Part shown: in pieces, positions 63,880-64,000 of the stretch
Numbering within the stretch: the stretch's first letter is position 1
How the letters are laid out: each line of letters opens with the position of its first letter
Origin: Neoechinorhynchus agilis
Taxonomy: Eukaryota > Animalia > Acanthocephala
NCBI GenBank assembly: GCA_051530055.1
Contig: CM121342.1
Coordinates: forward strand, 8,068,691 to 8,132,690
Direction: 5' to 3'
DNA: 64,000 nt
The notes under the pieces: model-generated
What the model was told of the DNA's origin: nothing
Databases searched by the model: none
What the model saw: only the letters and a program-made list of their open reading frames with translations
Position numbers and translations under genes: made by a program

Positions 63880-64000
63880 GTAATTAAAATCGTCGAGGGG
63901 CTTGAAACCGAGAGTCGGAAAAGGAATTAATCAACTTTTCACAGAATGCCTAAATTTCTAAAATGCACCTTTGCGTCCATTTAATATATCTTATTATACA

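Overview
Eukaryotic (most likely animal, lineage not identifiable from sequence alone) AT-rich genomic DNA. Bases 1-16.4 kb are a repeat block: two arrays of a ~172-bp CpG-rich satellite enclosing an inverted pair of HIPK/DYRK-like kinase pseudogene segments, Ty3/gypsy and LINE debris and foldback elements. From 17.3 kb on it is gene-dense: RFC3 (-), SNRNP200/Brr2 (+), RNASEH2C (+), a headless myosin-rod gene (-), a tubby-domain gene (-), nested LINE and CRE retroelements, COG3 (+), PYM1 (+), glycogen debranching enzyme AGL (-) and MER3/HFM1 (+, runs off the window). Most introns are short canonical GT-AG. The main discovery is a second class of ten intervening sequences (62-662 nt) in seven conserved genes. 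Removing each one restores the frame, and in most cases orthologue spacing as I recall it, at junctions that are not GT-AG. Nine follow an exonic T|A, seven are bounded by a duplicated TA, and nine carry subterminal inverted repeats that differ in sequence from one insert to the next. One is still a recognisable hAT-like MITE (8-bp duplication) and one sits in a TTAA duplication. They look like transposon-born, structure-defined non-canonical introns; DNA-level IES-like excision is the main alternative. All protein comparisons are from memory of the families, not from alignments that were run.
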